50,803 bases of DNA from Bacteroidales bacterium (lineage in GTDB: Bacteria > Bacteroidota > Bacteroidia > Bacteroidales > JAQUTK01): the NCBI GenBank assembly GCA_028691445.1, contig JAQUZH010000002.1, positions 1 through 50,803 of the forward strand, in the 5' to 3' direction. Each line of letters begins with the position of its first letter. Within the stretch, counting starts at the first letter, position 1. The notes beneath the pieces are model-generated. The model saw nothing but the letters and a program-made list of their open reading frames with translations, had not been told where the DNA came from and did no database searches. Of the stretch, positions 8,665 to 18,229 are shown in pieces. The position numbers and the translations under genes are program-made.

Positions 8665-9999
8665 TTATAGTTTTAATACGCATTCCTTAAACTGTTCGCC
8701 GCGATCTTCATAGTTTTTGAACAAGTCAAAACTTGCACAACAAGGAGAGAGAAGCACGGTATCTCCCTTGTGAGCGACTGCATATGCTTTTTCTACAGCC
8801 TCTTTCATTGAATTTGCATCGAGCATTGCAGGAACTTTTCCATCGAAGAACAAATGAAGCTTGCTGTTGTCAACACCTAAACAGATGATTGTGTGCACTT
8901 TTTGCTTCACAAGATTCTCAATCTCGGTATAATCATTGCCTTTATCTTTTCCTCCCAGTATTAGGACTACCGGAGTCTGCATGCTTTCAAGAGCATACCA
9001 ACAAGAGTTTACGTTTGTTGCTTTCGAATCATTCACGTAGCGGACACCTTTCACGGTTGCGACATACTTTAGCCGATGCTCTACCCCTTCAAAGGTTTTC
9101 AGCGCTTTACGAATATCATTCTTTTTTATATTCACCAAATTAGCAGAGATTCCTGCCGCCAACGAATTGTATAGATTATGCGTACCGGTGAGTGCCAATT
9201 CTTCCTTGGCCATAACAAGAGCCTCATCGGATAAATCGATAATAAAATCATCCTCGTTGGTGTATGCAATCACATTGTCTGCTTTGTTTTCCGCAAACGG
9301 ATACAATTGTGCGTGAAGCTTATGCTTTTGCAATTCTTTGGTTATGATCGGATCATCATTCCAGAAAATAAAAGCATCTTCATGCGTTTGATTTTGAGTA
9401 ATTCTGAATTTGGCATCGATATAATTTTGCATCTCAAACCCATATCTGTCCAGGTGATCCGGAGTTATGTTGAGAAGGATTGCAATGTCTGCTTTAAAAT
9501 TATACATATTGTCTAATTGAAAGCTGCTTAGCTCTATGACATAATAGTCATAATGCTCTGTTGCTACCTGAAAAGCAAGACTCTTTCCGACATTACCTGC
9601 AAGGCCAACATTTAATCCGGCATCTTTTAAAATATGATAGGTAAGTAGCGTTGTGGTCGTCTTACCATTGCTTCCAGTAATGCAGATCATTTTGGCTTTC
9701 GTATACCTTCCAGCGAATTCAATCTCAGAAATGATTGGAATATGCTTTTCGTAGATCTTCTGTATAATTGGAGCCTTATCCGGAATTCCCGGGCTTTTAA
9801 TAATCTCACTCGCATTCAAGATCAGATCTTCTGTGTGCTGTTTTTCTTCCCAAGCGATGGAATAGGAATCGAGGATATCTTTCTGTGACTGCTGAATGGC
9901 TGAAAAGTCTGAAACAAAGACATCAAACCCTTTTACTTTTGCCAAAACAGCAGCTCCTGTTCCACTTTCACCTGCTCCTAATACAACAATTCTTTCCAT
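8665..9999 (-). CDS. murD: UDP-N-acetylmuramoylalanine--D-glutamate ligase
   Basis: 444 aa with an N-terminal VLGAGESGTGAA Rossmann motif and the Mur ligase P-loop ITGSNGKTTTTLL. Dcw position between mraY and ftsW. Confidence 0.93.
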   Translation of the reverse strand: MERIVVLGAGESGTGAAVLAKVKGFDVFVSDFSAIQQSQKDILDSYSIAWEEKQHTEDLILNASEIIKSPGIPDKAPIIQKIYEKHIPIISEIEFAGRYTKAKMICITGSNGKTTTTLLTYHILKDAGLNVGLAGNVGKSLAFQVATEHYDYYVIELSSFQLDNMYNFKADIAILLNITPDHLDRYGFEMQNYIDAKFRITQNQTHEDAFIFWNDDPIITKELQKHKLHAQLYPFAENKADNVIAYTNEDDFIIDLSDEALVMAKEELALTGTHNLYNSLAAGISANLVNIKKNDIRKALKTFEGVEHRLKYVATVKGVRYVNDSKATNVNSCWYALESMQTPVVLILGGKDKGNDYTEIENLVKQKVHTIICLGVDNSKLHLFFDGKVPAMLDANSMKEAVEKAYAVAHKGDTVLLSPCCASFDLFKNYEDRGEQFKECVLKL

Positions 10000-10000
10000 T

Positions 10001-11257
10001 TTATCTGACTTTTAGAGTAATAATAGTAATAGCTGCTAAAATAATTGACACAATCCAAAAACGAACTACAATCTTTGATTCCGGAATGGGTCGAATCGGA
10101 AACTGGAGTAGCGCATCAATCCCGGCATTGCCTGCTTTCTGAAAATGATGGTGAATAGGACTCATCTTAAAGATGCGCTTCCCAACACCTGATCTTTTCT
10201 TTGTAAATTTAAAATAAGAGACTTGCATTAAAACGGATATGCTTTCTACAAAGAACATACCGCATAAAATGGGGACCAGTAATTCTTTGTGGATAATCAT
10301 GGCAAAAACACCAATAATTCCCCCCAAAGTCAAACTTCCGGTATCACCCATAAACACTTGAGCCGGGAAAGAGTTGAACCAAAGGAATCCAATGGTGGCA
10401 CCAGTAAAGGCACTTATAAAAACGACCAACTCTTCAGTTCCCGGAATAAACATGATATTCAAATAGGAGGCATACGTAACGTGACTTGATACATAGGCCA
10501 GAATACCCAATGCAATACCTATGATAGCAGAAATTCCTGTAGCCAGTCCGTCTAATCCATCTGTAAGATTGGCACCATTGGATACGGCTGTGACAACAAT
10601 GATCGTCACCAAGACAAATAGAATCCAGCCCCCTATCTCCGCATAGTCGCCCAGCCATTTGGTAAAGTCGGCATAATCGAGATTGTTATTTTTAAAGAAA
10701 GGGATGGTCGTTTTTGTCGATTTGACACGTTCCGGGCTGTGAACCGTTTCAATGTTATCCCCTTTTTGAATTTGAGTATTTTCTCTGATAACCGCACTTG
10801 GACTCAGGTATAGAATCATTCCGATAATCAAACCAAGACCAACCTGTCCGATGATCTTAGTTCTGGCTTTCATACCATCTTTATGTTTTTTGAAGACTTT
10901 GATGTAGTCATCCACAAAGCCGAGACCTCCCATCCAAAGCGTGGTAATAATCATTAGCACCATATATATATTATCCAGTCGCCCGAAGAGTAACACAGGA
11001 ACGAGTATCGATATAATAATAATCACGCCACCCATTGTCGGAGTTCCCTTTTTACTGAGCTGTCCTTCAAGACCTAAATCCCGGATCACTTCGCCGACCT
11101 GTTTGAGCTGCAGTCGGTCAATAATTCGTTTACCGATGACTGTAGCCATAAACATGGCGATAATAAAAGATAAGATGGATCGAAAAGAGATGTATTTAAA
11201 CATACCGCTTCCCGGAATATCATATTGGTCCAAAAAGTTAAACAAATAATACAACAT
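10001..11257 (-). CDS. mraY: Phospho-N-acetylmuramoyl-pentapeptide transferase
   Basis: 418-aa polytopic protein with MraY signatures (GTPTMGG, VDDYIKV, NGANLTDGLDGLA, MGDTGSLTLGG, SPIHHHF). Confidence 0.95.
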   Translation of the reverse strand: MLYYLFNFLDQYDIPGSGMFKYISFRSILSFIIAMFMATVIGKRIIDRLQLKQVGEVIRDLGLEGQLSKKGTPTMGGVIIIISILVPVLLFGRLDNIYMVLMIITTLWMGGLGFVDDYIKVFKKHKDGMKARTKIIGQVGLGLIIGMILYLSPSAVIRENTQIQKGDNIETVHSPERVKSTKTTIPFFKNNNLDYADFTKWLGDYAEIGGWILFVLVTIIVVTAVSNGANLTDGLDGLATGISAIIGIALGILAYVSSHVTYASYLNIMFIPGTEELVVFISAFTGATIGFLWFNSFPAQVFMGDTGSLTLGGIIGVFAMIIHKELLVPILCGMFFVESISVLMQVSYFKFTKKRSGVGKRIFKMSPIHHHFQKAGNAGIDALLQFPIRPIPESKIVVRFWIVSIILAAITIITLKVR

Positions 11258-11264
11258 AGACTAT

Positions 11265-12728
11265 CTACTGAATTTCATTATTAAATAACATCGCTACAAC
11301 CTCTTTATCATCAAAATGATGTTTTACCCCCTTTATTTCCTGGTAATTTTCATGCCCTTTTCCGGCAATCAATATCACATCTCCTTTTTTTGCAAGCAGG
11401 CAAGCCGTTTTAATGGCCTGTTCACGGTCTTGTATTACAAGTGTCTTTTTCTTCTGCTCACCTGTTAGTCCTTCAAGCATATCCTTCAGAATATCTTCGG
11501 GTTCTTCAAAACGAGGGTTATCAGAGGTAAGAATGACCTGATCACTCCCTTTGGCTGCCTCTTTAGCCATGATGGGACGTTTACCTTTATCTCTATTTCC
11601 TCCTGCGCCAACAACTGTGATAATCTTCCCGTTACCCTCGACCACTTCATGGATCGTCTGTAACACATTGATCAAAGCGTCAGGGGTGTGTGCATAATCA
11701 ACGATCGCAGTCACACCCTCATTGGAGTGAATCGTCTCAAATCGACCTGCTACAGGATGAAGATCACTCAAAGCAACCAGCACCTCATCAGATTGTTGTC
11801 CAAGTAGAATGGCTGTTCCATAAATGGCAAGTAAGTTTGAGGCATTGAATCTCCCTATAAATTGCACATGAGTCTCCTTGCCATTAAACTGGAGAGACAT
11901 TCCATTGATATACTTCTCGAGAATCTTCCCTTTAAAGTCGGCCAATGTCAATAAGGAATAGGAGTACTTTTTAGCGGAGGTGTTTTGGAGCATGACAAGT
12001 CCAGTCTTATCATCCAGATTGGTCAGAGCGAATGCTTGACTTGGAAGCATATCAAAGAACGACTTTTTGGCTTTTAAATAAGCATCAACAGTGACATGAT
12101 AATCCAAATGATCGCGGGTCAGATTGGTAAAGATGCCTCCGGCAAAGTGCAATCCTGAAATCCTTTTCTGAACAACGGCATGCGAACTCACCTCCATAAA
12201 TGCATATTGACAACCTTTGTTAACCATCATTGCCAAAAGTTCATTGATGGTGATTGGATCCGGAGTTGTATTCGCAGTTGCAAACTGTTCTTCTTCTACG
12301 ATATTGCAAACCGTTGAAAGCAATCCGGATTTGTATCCCAACTTGCGAAAAAGATTATATAGCGTCGTTGCAATGGTCGTCTTACCGTTAGTACCGGTAA
12401 CACCTGTCAGAATAATATGACGCGAAGGATAACCAAACCACGCTGAAGCAATAGTTCCTAAAGATTCAGCACTGTCTTTTACCAAAACATACGTAATTCC
12501 TTCTTCGGGAGAACCGTCTGGAATATATTCACAAACAACAGCTTTGCAGCCCCTTTCAATTGCAGAAGCGACGAAATCATGTCCGTTAGAGGTTGTCCCG
12601 TTTACGGCAATGAACAACGAACCTTGGTTCGCCTTTCGCGAATCAAATCCGATAGAAGTAATCTGGGTATCCAATATACCTTTTACTTCTATGAAGCTTA
12701 CGTCTGTCAATAATTCTTTTAGCAGCAT
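11265..12728 (-). CDS. murE: UDP-N-acetylmuramoyl-L-alanyl-D-glutamate--2,6-diaminopimelate ligase
   Basis: 487 aa with the Mur ligase P-loop VTGTNGKTT and the DNPR motif (TSDNPRFE) characteristic of meso-DAP-adding MurE. Sits between ftsI and mraY. Confidence 0.93.
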   Translation of the reverse strand: MLLKELLTDVSFIEVKGILDTQITSIGFDSRKANQGSLFIAVNGTTSNGHDFVASAIERGCKAVVCEYIPDGSPEEGITYVLVKDSAESLGTIASAWFGYPSRHIILTGVTGTNGKTTIATTLYNLFRKLGYKSGLLSTVCNIVEEEQFATANTTPDPITINELLAMMVNKGCQYAFMEVSSHAVVQKRISGLHFAGGIFTNLTRDHLDYHVTVDAYLKAKKSFFDMLPSQAFALTNLDDKTGLVMLQNTSAKKYSYSLLTLADFKGKILEKYINGMSLQFNGKETHVQFIGRFNASNLLAIYGTAILLGQQSDEVLVALSDLHPVAGRFETIHSNEGVTAIVDYAHTPDALINVLQTIHEVVEGNGKIITVVGAGGNRDKGKRPIMAKEAAKGSDQVILTSDNPRFEEPEDILKDMLEGLTGEQKKKTLVIQDREQAIKTACLLAKKGDVILIAGKGHENYQEIKGVKHHFDDKEVVAMLFNNEIQ

Positions 12729-12737
12729 AAAAACGCT

Positions 12738-14858
12738 CTATTTTAGTGATAAACTAATTGTAGTACCTTTATTAATAATCGATCCGCTTTGAATAGACTG
12801 TTTGTACACAGCTCCCATCCCGTCAATTCTGACATTCAATCCTGATTTCTCTAATAAGAAAACGGCATCTTTTGCGCTCATGCCAACGACATTTGGAACA
12901 AGTCTGTCAACCGTCTTTACCTCCGTTAGCTCCGGATGGTCTTCGTCGTTAAATTTAACTTTTGTCCATTCAAAATCATCAGCATCACCCTCTTCATAGT
13001 CAATATTCAATTTGCTTAATGCAGTGATCAATTCTTTATGTAATCCACCTTTAACAGACGGAGAAAACACCAAGTTTGAATCTTTGATTTCGTCCGGTTC
13101 ACGGAACAGTGCTCTTGCATAGGTCTGTTCGGCAATTCTTTTAACGACAACACCAGACATTCCTCCGCCTGACGGATAACCGATACGAGGACCCCGGATC
13201 TGACAAATGCAAGTATAAGCAGGATTGTCGGATGGGAAATAACCGCAGAAAGTAACTTGATGACTTTTTCCTCCGGCTGTATAACCAAGTGCACCTTGAG
13301 AAATTTGTGCTGTACCCGTTTTCCCCGCTATCTTGACAAAGTCAGAGCGCACCTCTTTAGCTGTTCCACTATCCACTACACCTTCCAACATCTTTTTTAT
13401 CTCTTTCAAGACACGATCTGAACAAATAGAGGAGTTGATCGTTTCTGTTTCATATTCTGCAATTGTTTCGCCTTCCTTTTTGACACTCTCAAGAAAAAAA
13501 GGACGTATCATTTTCCCCTCATTTGCGATAGCGTTGAAAAAAGCCAAGGTATAGATCGGAGGAATATTTACTTCATAACCAATAGACATCCAGGGTAAAG
13601 CTGTTGCAGACCAGTTCGTCTTATTCGGATAACGGATTTTAGGTTTACCAGCTCCCGGAATTTCGAAATTCATCACCTTATTAAGCCCTATCCGGTATAA
13701 TCCATCGACAAACTTAGCGGGTTTGTCATGGTAATTCTTATTAATTATCTTAGAAACGCCAATGTTGGAAGAAAACCAGATAGACCTTGCAGCTGTGATC
13801 ATGCCATATCCTCCTTTATTGGCATTATGATCTTTCATGACTGAGCCATAGATTGGCCAAAGTCCATTACCCGCATCCACTGAATCGTCCGGTTGTACAA
13901 CTCCATCCTCTAAAGCAACCATCATCGATGCAACTTTAAAGGTAGATCCGGGTTCTCCTTCATCCGCTACTGCACGATTTTTCACCTCTTCATAGATTCC
14001 GGTATCTACCCTATCCATATTGACACAGGCTTTCACTTTACCTGACTTGACCTCCATCAGAACAGCTACACCAGATTGCGCATCCGTTTGCACAAGCATA
14101 TCAACCAACGCTTTTTCAGCAATATCTTGTAACCCGACATCTATTGTAGAGACAATATCCAAACCATTCTCGGGTTCGATCACATTCACATTTTCCCATC
14201 TTCCCTTTACTCTCATTCGGGTCGACTTTCCCTGCTTTCCAGTCAGTAATGAGTCAAAAAAGAGCTCCAAACCGTTCTTACCAACTTTATTCCCTTCTCC
14301 TCGTTGATCATCACCATAGATATCACCTATCGTTCGTGAAGCGAGCGAGCCAAAAGGCTTAACCCGTTGAACCATCCGTTTATAACTTAAATTCCAGCCT
14401 AATTTTAAATACGGAGCTTTACAAACTGCCTTGAACTGGAGATAGGATATTTTAGAGCGGCAAAGAGGAAGCATGGTAGTCTTGCCATAATTATTGAGGA
14501 TATATCGTCTATAATCTGCCGCGCTTCGTTCTTGCAATACACCGGAAAGCACTCTTGATAACGAATCAATCTGAGTGCGTAAAGTGTCCAGTTTCATACC
14601 ATTTGCCTTCATGTCCATATAGACATAATACAAAGGCACACTGCTTGCCATGAGTTGGCCGTCGCTCGAATAGATATTACCTCTTTCCGGTTTAACGACA
14701 ATATCTTCCTTTTTTAAAGTTTCCGCATATTTTTTCCACATGCTCCCTTCAACAAAGACGATCTTGGCTGCGCAGAAGAGAATACAAAAGGCAATGGCAA
14801 ATACAACAGCTACCACCAACATGTATTTATTTAATATGGTTTTTTTGTCAATTGCCAT
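12738..14858 (-). CDS. ftsI: Division-specific class B penicillin-binding protein (FtsI/PBP3-like) with C-terminal PASTA domain
   Basis: 706 aa with an N-terminal TM anchor and the transpeptidase motifs STFK (GSTFKVASMM), SSN (FSSNIGVS) and KTGT (GKTGTAQ). The last ~57 aa, VPNVVGMSAKDAVFLLEKSGLNVRIDG..VYKQSIQSGSIINKGTTISLSL, fit the PASTA pattern. Confidence 0.9.
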   Translation of the reverse strand: MAIDKKTILNKYMLVVAVVFAIAFCILFCAAKIVFVEGSMWKKYAETLKKEDIVVKPERGNIYSSDGQLMASSVPLYYVYMDMKANGMKLDTLRTQIDSLSRVLSGVLQERSAADYRRYILNNYGKTTMLPLCRSKISYLQFKAVCKAPYLKLGWNLSYKRMVQRVKPFGSLASRTIGDIYGDDQRGEGNKVGKNGLELFFDSLLTGKQGKSTRMRVKGRWENVNVIEPENGLDIVSTIDVGLQDIAEKALVDMLVQTDAQSGVAVLMEVKSGKVKACVNMDRVDTGIYEEVKNRAVADEGEPGSTFKVASMMVALEDGVVQPDDSVDAGNGLWPIYGSVMKDHNANKGGYGMITAARSIWFSSNIGVSKIINKNYHDKPAKFVDGLYRIGLNKVMNFEIPGAGKPKIRYPNKTNWSATALPWMSIGYEVNIPPIYTLAFFNAIANEGKMIRPFFLESVKKEGETIAEYETETINSSICSDRVLKEIKKMLEGVVDSGTAKEVRSDFVKIAGKTGTAQISQGALGYTAGGKSHQVTFCGYFPSDNPAYTCICQIRGPRIGYPSGGGMSGVVVKRIAEQTYARALFREPDEIKDSNLVFSPSVKGGLHKELITALSKLNIDYEEGDADDFEWTKVKFNDEDHPELTEVKTVDRLVPNVVGMSAKDAVFLLEKSGLNVRIDGMGAVYKQSIQSGSIINKGTTISLSLK

Positions 14859-14867
14859 GCAGATTCA

Positions 14868-15185
14868 TTATTTTGAGATTACAATCGGAGGAGTTTGAGA
14901 TGCTTCCAGTTCAACACCTCTCTCGCTGATTATTTTCTGGATCTTAGACTGTTTGCTTTCGCTCATTAAGTCGCATGAACGAATCAGAGACTCAAACTTT
15001 GCATCCGCGAGCTCTCTTTTCAGCTTGTTGATATCTGAAATCTTCTGCAAACAAGAGTAGCGATTACTGATATAAAAGAAGGCCATAACCACGACAACCA
15101 GAATCAACTTCCATTGCCGCACCAACACTTCACTGGTCAGAAATTCTCCTCCCAATATCTCGTCTTTGATTACTTTTATTTTCAT
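14868..15185 (-). CDS. ftsL: FtsL-like small bitopic cell division protein
   Basis: 105 aa with one TM helix (WKLILVVVVMAFFYISN) followed by a coiled-coil-like segment. Position between rsmH and ftsI. Called by size, topology and synteny only. Confidence 0.6.
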   Translation of the reverse strand: MKIKVIKDEILGGEFLTSEVLVRQWKLILVVVVMAFFYISNRYSCLQKISDINKLKRELADAKFESLIRSCDLMSESKQSKIQKIISERGVELEASQTPPIVISK

Positions 15186-15191
15186 GCTTGA

Positions 15192-16112
15192 TTACTTTTT
15201 TTCTGCAATTCTCAATTTTGCACTTCTCGCTCTGGGATTACGGGCACACTCTTCATCATCCGGAACAATCACCTTGTTATTGATGAGTCGAAACGGAGAT
15301 TGAACATTTCCGAAAAAATCTTTTTCTATATCACCTTGCGCATTGCCTGATTTCAGGAAGTTCTTCACCAGTCGGTCTTCCAGAGAATGATAACTGATAA
15401 TGACAAGTCTACCGTTGGGTTTCAAAAGCTGTTCCGCCTGTTTAAGCAGTCGAATCAAAGCATCCATCTCACCGTTTACCTCAATACGCAAAGCCTGAAA
15501 CGCCTGAGCTAGATTCTTTTTTTCCTGATCACGGTTTGTTAACGGACGAAGAACTTCCAGAAAATCAGCAATTGTCTCAAACTTCTTGCTATCTCTTCTT
15601 CGCACAACTTCCAGGGCGATTTTTCTTGAATTCTTCAATTCGCCATATAGGTAAAACACGCTGGCAAGCTCTTCTTCCGAATACTCGTTCAGAATATCAG
15701 CAGCAGTTTGCCCGGCACGTTTATTCATACGCATATCCAAAGCCCCTTCAAATCGGAAAGAAAAGCCTCGGGTAGGATCGTCGAAGTGATGTGAAGAAAC
15801 TCCAAGATCAGCCAACAAGCCATCAATAGCCTCCACCTTATGATAATGCATGAAATTGGTCAAATAGCGAAAATTCCCCCTTACAAAGGTAAAACGTTTG
15901 TCTTTTGGACAATTATTTTCCGCATCTTCATCTTGATCAAACGCATACAAGGAACCCTGATCACCTAATATAGAGAGGATTTCCCGAGAATGACCTCCAC
16001 CACCAAATGTAACATCCACATAAGTGCCGTCCTTATGGATATGCAAACCTTCCATGCATTGTGGAAGGAGTGCAGGAATATGATATTCTTGCTTGAGTAA
16101 CGATTCGTTCAC
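15192..16112 (-). CDS. rsmH: 16S rRNA (cytosine1402-N4)-methyltransferase RsmH/MraW
   Basis: 306 aa with a GTG start and the SAM-binding motif YVDVTFGGGGHSREIL, plus LLADLGVSSHHFD and ISYHSLEDRLVKNF, all typical of RsmH. It is the first gene of the dcw cluster here. Confidence 0.93.
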   Translation of the reverse strand: MNESLLKQEYHIPALLPQCMEGLHIHKDGTYVDVTFGGGGHSREILSILGDQGSLYAFDQDEDAENNCPKDKRFTFVRGNFRYLTNFMHYHKVEAIDGLLADLGVSSHHFDDPTRGFSFRFEGALDMRMNKRAGQTAADILNEYSEEELASVFYLYGELKNSRKIALEVVRRRDSKKFETIADFLEVLRPLTNRDQEKKNLAQAFQALRIEVNGEMDALIRLLKQAEQLLKPNGRLVIISYHSLEDRLVKNFLKSGNAQGDIEKDFFGNVQSPFRLINNKVIVPDDEECARNPRARSAKLRIAEKK

Positions 16113-16165
16113 GATTCTTGGATGTGCTTAAAATACTCTTATTTCAACTTGAAAAAGATATAATG

Positions 16166-16173
16166 CAAAAATA
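16166..16173 (-). promoter_or_regulatory. Candidate -7 promoter box for the dcw operon (TATTTTTG on the minus strand)
   Basis: Plus-strand CAAAAATA is the reverse complement of TAnnTTTG. It lies 54 nt upstream of the rsmH GTG. Confidence 0.4.
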
Positions 16174-16358
16174 CAATATATTCCATTTTCTCGTACATGT
16201 TTACATTAGTTTTATTTAAAAACTTATCAACAGCTCTTCCATTCGAATCGACAGAATTATTCAATGCAGATAGAGAAAGTCTGACGTTTTAATCCGAATA
16301 AAGGTAAAAACACCTATTATTTATTAGCAACAATAAGACGAGAAGTCGAATTTTGGTG

Positions 16359-16366
16359 TAAATTTG
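16359..16366 (+). promoter_or_regulatory. Candidate -7 promoter box (TAAATTTG) for the lipid-acyltransferase operon
   Basis: TAnnTTTG match 18 nt upstream of the ATG at 16384. Confidence 0.45.
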
Positions 16367-16383
16367 CAACGGAAAAATAAAAA

Positions 16384-17235
16384 ATGATGGAAGAAGGATT
16401 ATTTGAAGTTGATGTTGAGAAAGTGTTAGTAAGCAAACAAAAGGACAAAACAAAACGTCCTTCGCTTCTGCTTGTATATCTTTTAAAGAAGTTAGTTCAT
16501 CAGGATGAAATAAATAGCTTTTTGCATGCGACAAAGGGTCTTGGCGGATATGCATTTTTTAAAGAAGCGCTCAAATACTTGGATATAAAGCTTCGTGTAT
16601 ACGGTCAGGATAATTATTCGCTAGAAAAAAAATATATATTTGTAAGCAACCATCCACTTGGAGGAATTGACGGCGTATCTTTAGGAACAATTATAGGGGA
16701 TCAGTACGGCGGTAAATTCAGATATTTCATGAATGACTTATTGCTTCATCTACCGAATGTAAGCGATATTGCCGTACCTATCAACAAGTACGGATTATTA
16801 GCAAGAGATACCAATAATCGCATTGACGAAGCTTTACGTTCTGACAGTCAGTTAATCATGTTTCCTGCCGGATTCTGTTCCCGCTTGGATCATTTTGAGT
16901 TGAAAGATATTCAATGGAAAAAGAATTTTATTTATTCCTCCAAAGAATACCAACGCGATGTAGTACCCATTTTTTTCAAGGGAAGAAACAGCGTTCTGTT
17001 TTATCTGATCGCAAAGGTGCGTGAAAAGTTGGGGATTAAGATGAATTACGAAGTGATCTTTTTGCCTCATGAAATGTTTGCAAATAAAGGAAAAAGTTTT
17101 GAGATCTATTTTGGCAAGCCCATTCCTTGGCAAACCTTTCTGGATAATTCAAAAACGCCGCAGCAATGGGCACAGTATGTAAAAGAAGAAGTGTACAAAA
17201 TAAGAGACTACAATAAGATAAAGAAAACTTTATGA
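16384..17235 (+). CDS. glsA: PlsC/LPLAT-family lysolipid O-acyltransferase (glycine-lipid GlsA / OlsA-like)
   Basis: 283 aa with acyltransferase motifs (FVSNHPLGGIDG, FPAGFCSR). Its stop overlaps the start of the next gene (ATGA at 17232-17235). It pairs with an OlsB-like N-acyltransferase next to the dcw cluster, as recalled for the Bacteroides glycine-lipid genes. Confidence 0.65.
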   Translation: MMEEGLFEVDVEKVLVSKQKDKTKRPSLLLVYLLKKLVHQDEINSFLHATKGLGGYAFFKEALKYLDIKLRVYGQDNYSLEKKYIFVSNHPLGGIDGVSLGTIIGDQYGGKFRYFMNDLLLHLPNVSDIAVPINKYGLLARDTNNRIDEALRSDSQLIMFPAGFCSRLDHFELKDIQWKKNFIYSSKEYQRDVVPIFFKGRNSVLFYLIAKVREKLGIKMNYEVIFLPHEMFANKGKSFEIYFGKPIPWQTFLDNSKTPQQWAQYVKEEVYKIRDYNKIKKTL

Positions 17236-18194
17236 AACAAGTTATACCACCTGTTGACCGGGAACTCATCAAACAGGAACTAACTCAAGATAAATTATTG
17301 AGAAAGACGAACAAGGCGAATAATGAGATTTATATATTCGATTACAGCTCTGCTCCTAATACAATGCGTGAAGTTGGACGACTCCGCGAGGAGGCTTTTC
17401 GCAAAGCCGGAGGAGGCACCGGAAAAGAGGTAGACATTGATGAATTTGATTGCATGAATGTCCCTTATATGCAATTAATTGTATGGAGCCCGGAAGACGA
17501 GAAGATTTTGGGTGGATACCGTTATATTGATGGAACAAATGTTCGCATCGGAACAAATGGACAGCCCATCTTAGCCACATCGCATTTATTCCATTTTTCA
17601 GAGGAGTTTCTTACATATTATTTACCCTATACAATTGAATTAGCCCGTTCATTTGTCACGTTAGAATACCAGTTTACAACAGCAGGAACAAAAGGTTTGT
17701 TTGCTTTGGACAACCTGTGGGACGGTCTGGGTGCGCTGATCGTGATGAATCCTCATATCAAGTATTTCTTTGGAAAAGTGACTATGTACCCCAGTTATCA
17801 CACTTTCGGACGTAACATGATTCTCTATTTCATCAACAAATATTTCAAAGACAAGGACAAGCTGGTTACACCTATCAAAGCATTACAGACAGGGATGGAT
17901 GAAAAGGAAATGGACTTGCTTTTCTCCGGCTCTTGTTTCAAGGATGATTACAAAACCCTGAACACAGAGGTACGAAGACTAGGCTTTAATGTTCCTCCGT
18001 TGGTTAATGCATATATGGGACTTTCTCCTACGATGAAAATGTTTGGTACAGCTATTAACGACGAGTTTGGTGATGTAGAAGAATCTGGAATCCTGATTGC
18101 AGTTGACGAAATACTCAAAGAAAAGCGGGAAAGGCATATTGAGTCATACTTACAAGTTATCAGTTCAGAAATAAAAGGGATGACAGGCGAATAA
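17232..18194 (+). CDS. glsB: GNAT-fold amino-acid N-acyltransferase (glycine-lipid GlsB / OlsB / hemolysin-like)
   Basis: 320 aa. The N-terminal half (REVGRLREEAFRKAGGGTGKEVDIDEFD...YRYI) fits OlsB-type N-acyltransferases. Translationally coupled to the preceding O-acyltransferase. Confidence 0.65.
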   Translation: MKQVIPPVDRELIKQELTQDKLLRKTNKANNEIYIFDYSSAPNTMREVGRLREEAFRKAGGGTGKEVDIDEFDCMNVPYMQLIVWSPEDEKILGGYRYIDGTNVRIGTNGQPILATSHLFHFSEEFLTYYLPYTIELARSFVTLEYQFTTAGTKGLFALDNLWDGLGALIVMNPHIKYFFGKVTMYPSYHTFGRNMILYFINKYFKDKDKLVTPIKALQTGMDEKEMDLLFSGSCFKDDYKTLNTEVRRLGFNVPPLVNAYMGLSPTMKMFGTAINDEFGDVEESGILIAVDEILKEKRERHIESYLQVISSEIKGMTGE

Positions 18195-18229
18195 ATACGA
18201 ATTCAACACATTAGCAAGAGTATATTGAC

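Noticed and set aside
16289-16555. 88-aa minus-strand ORF located where mraZ would be expected.
   Set aside because: It has no similarity to MraZ (no duplicated SpoVT/AbrB-like halves). It overlaps the start of the plus-strand acyltransferase gene and the candidate promoter, and its sequence is hydrophobic and low-complexity.
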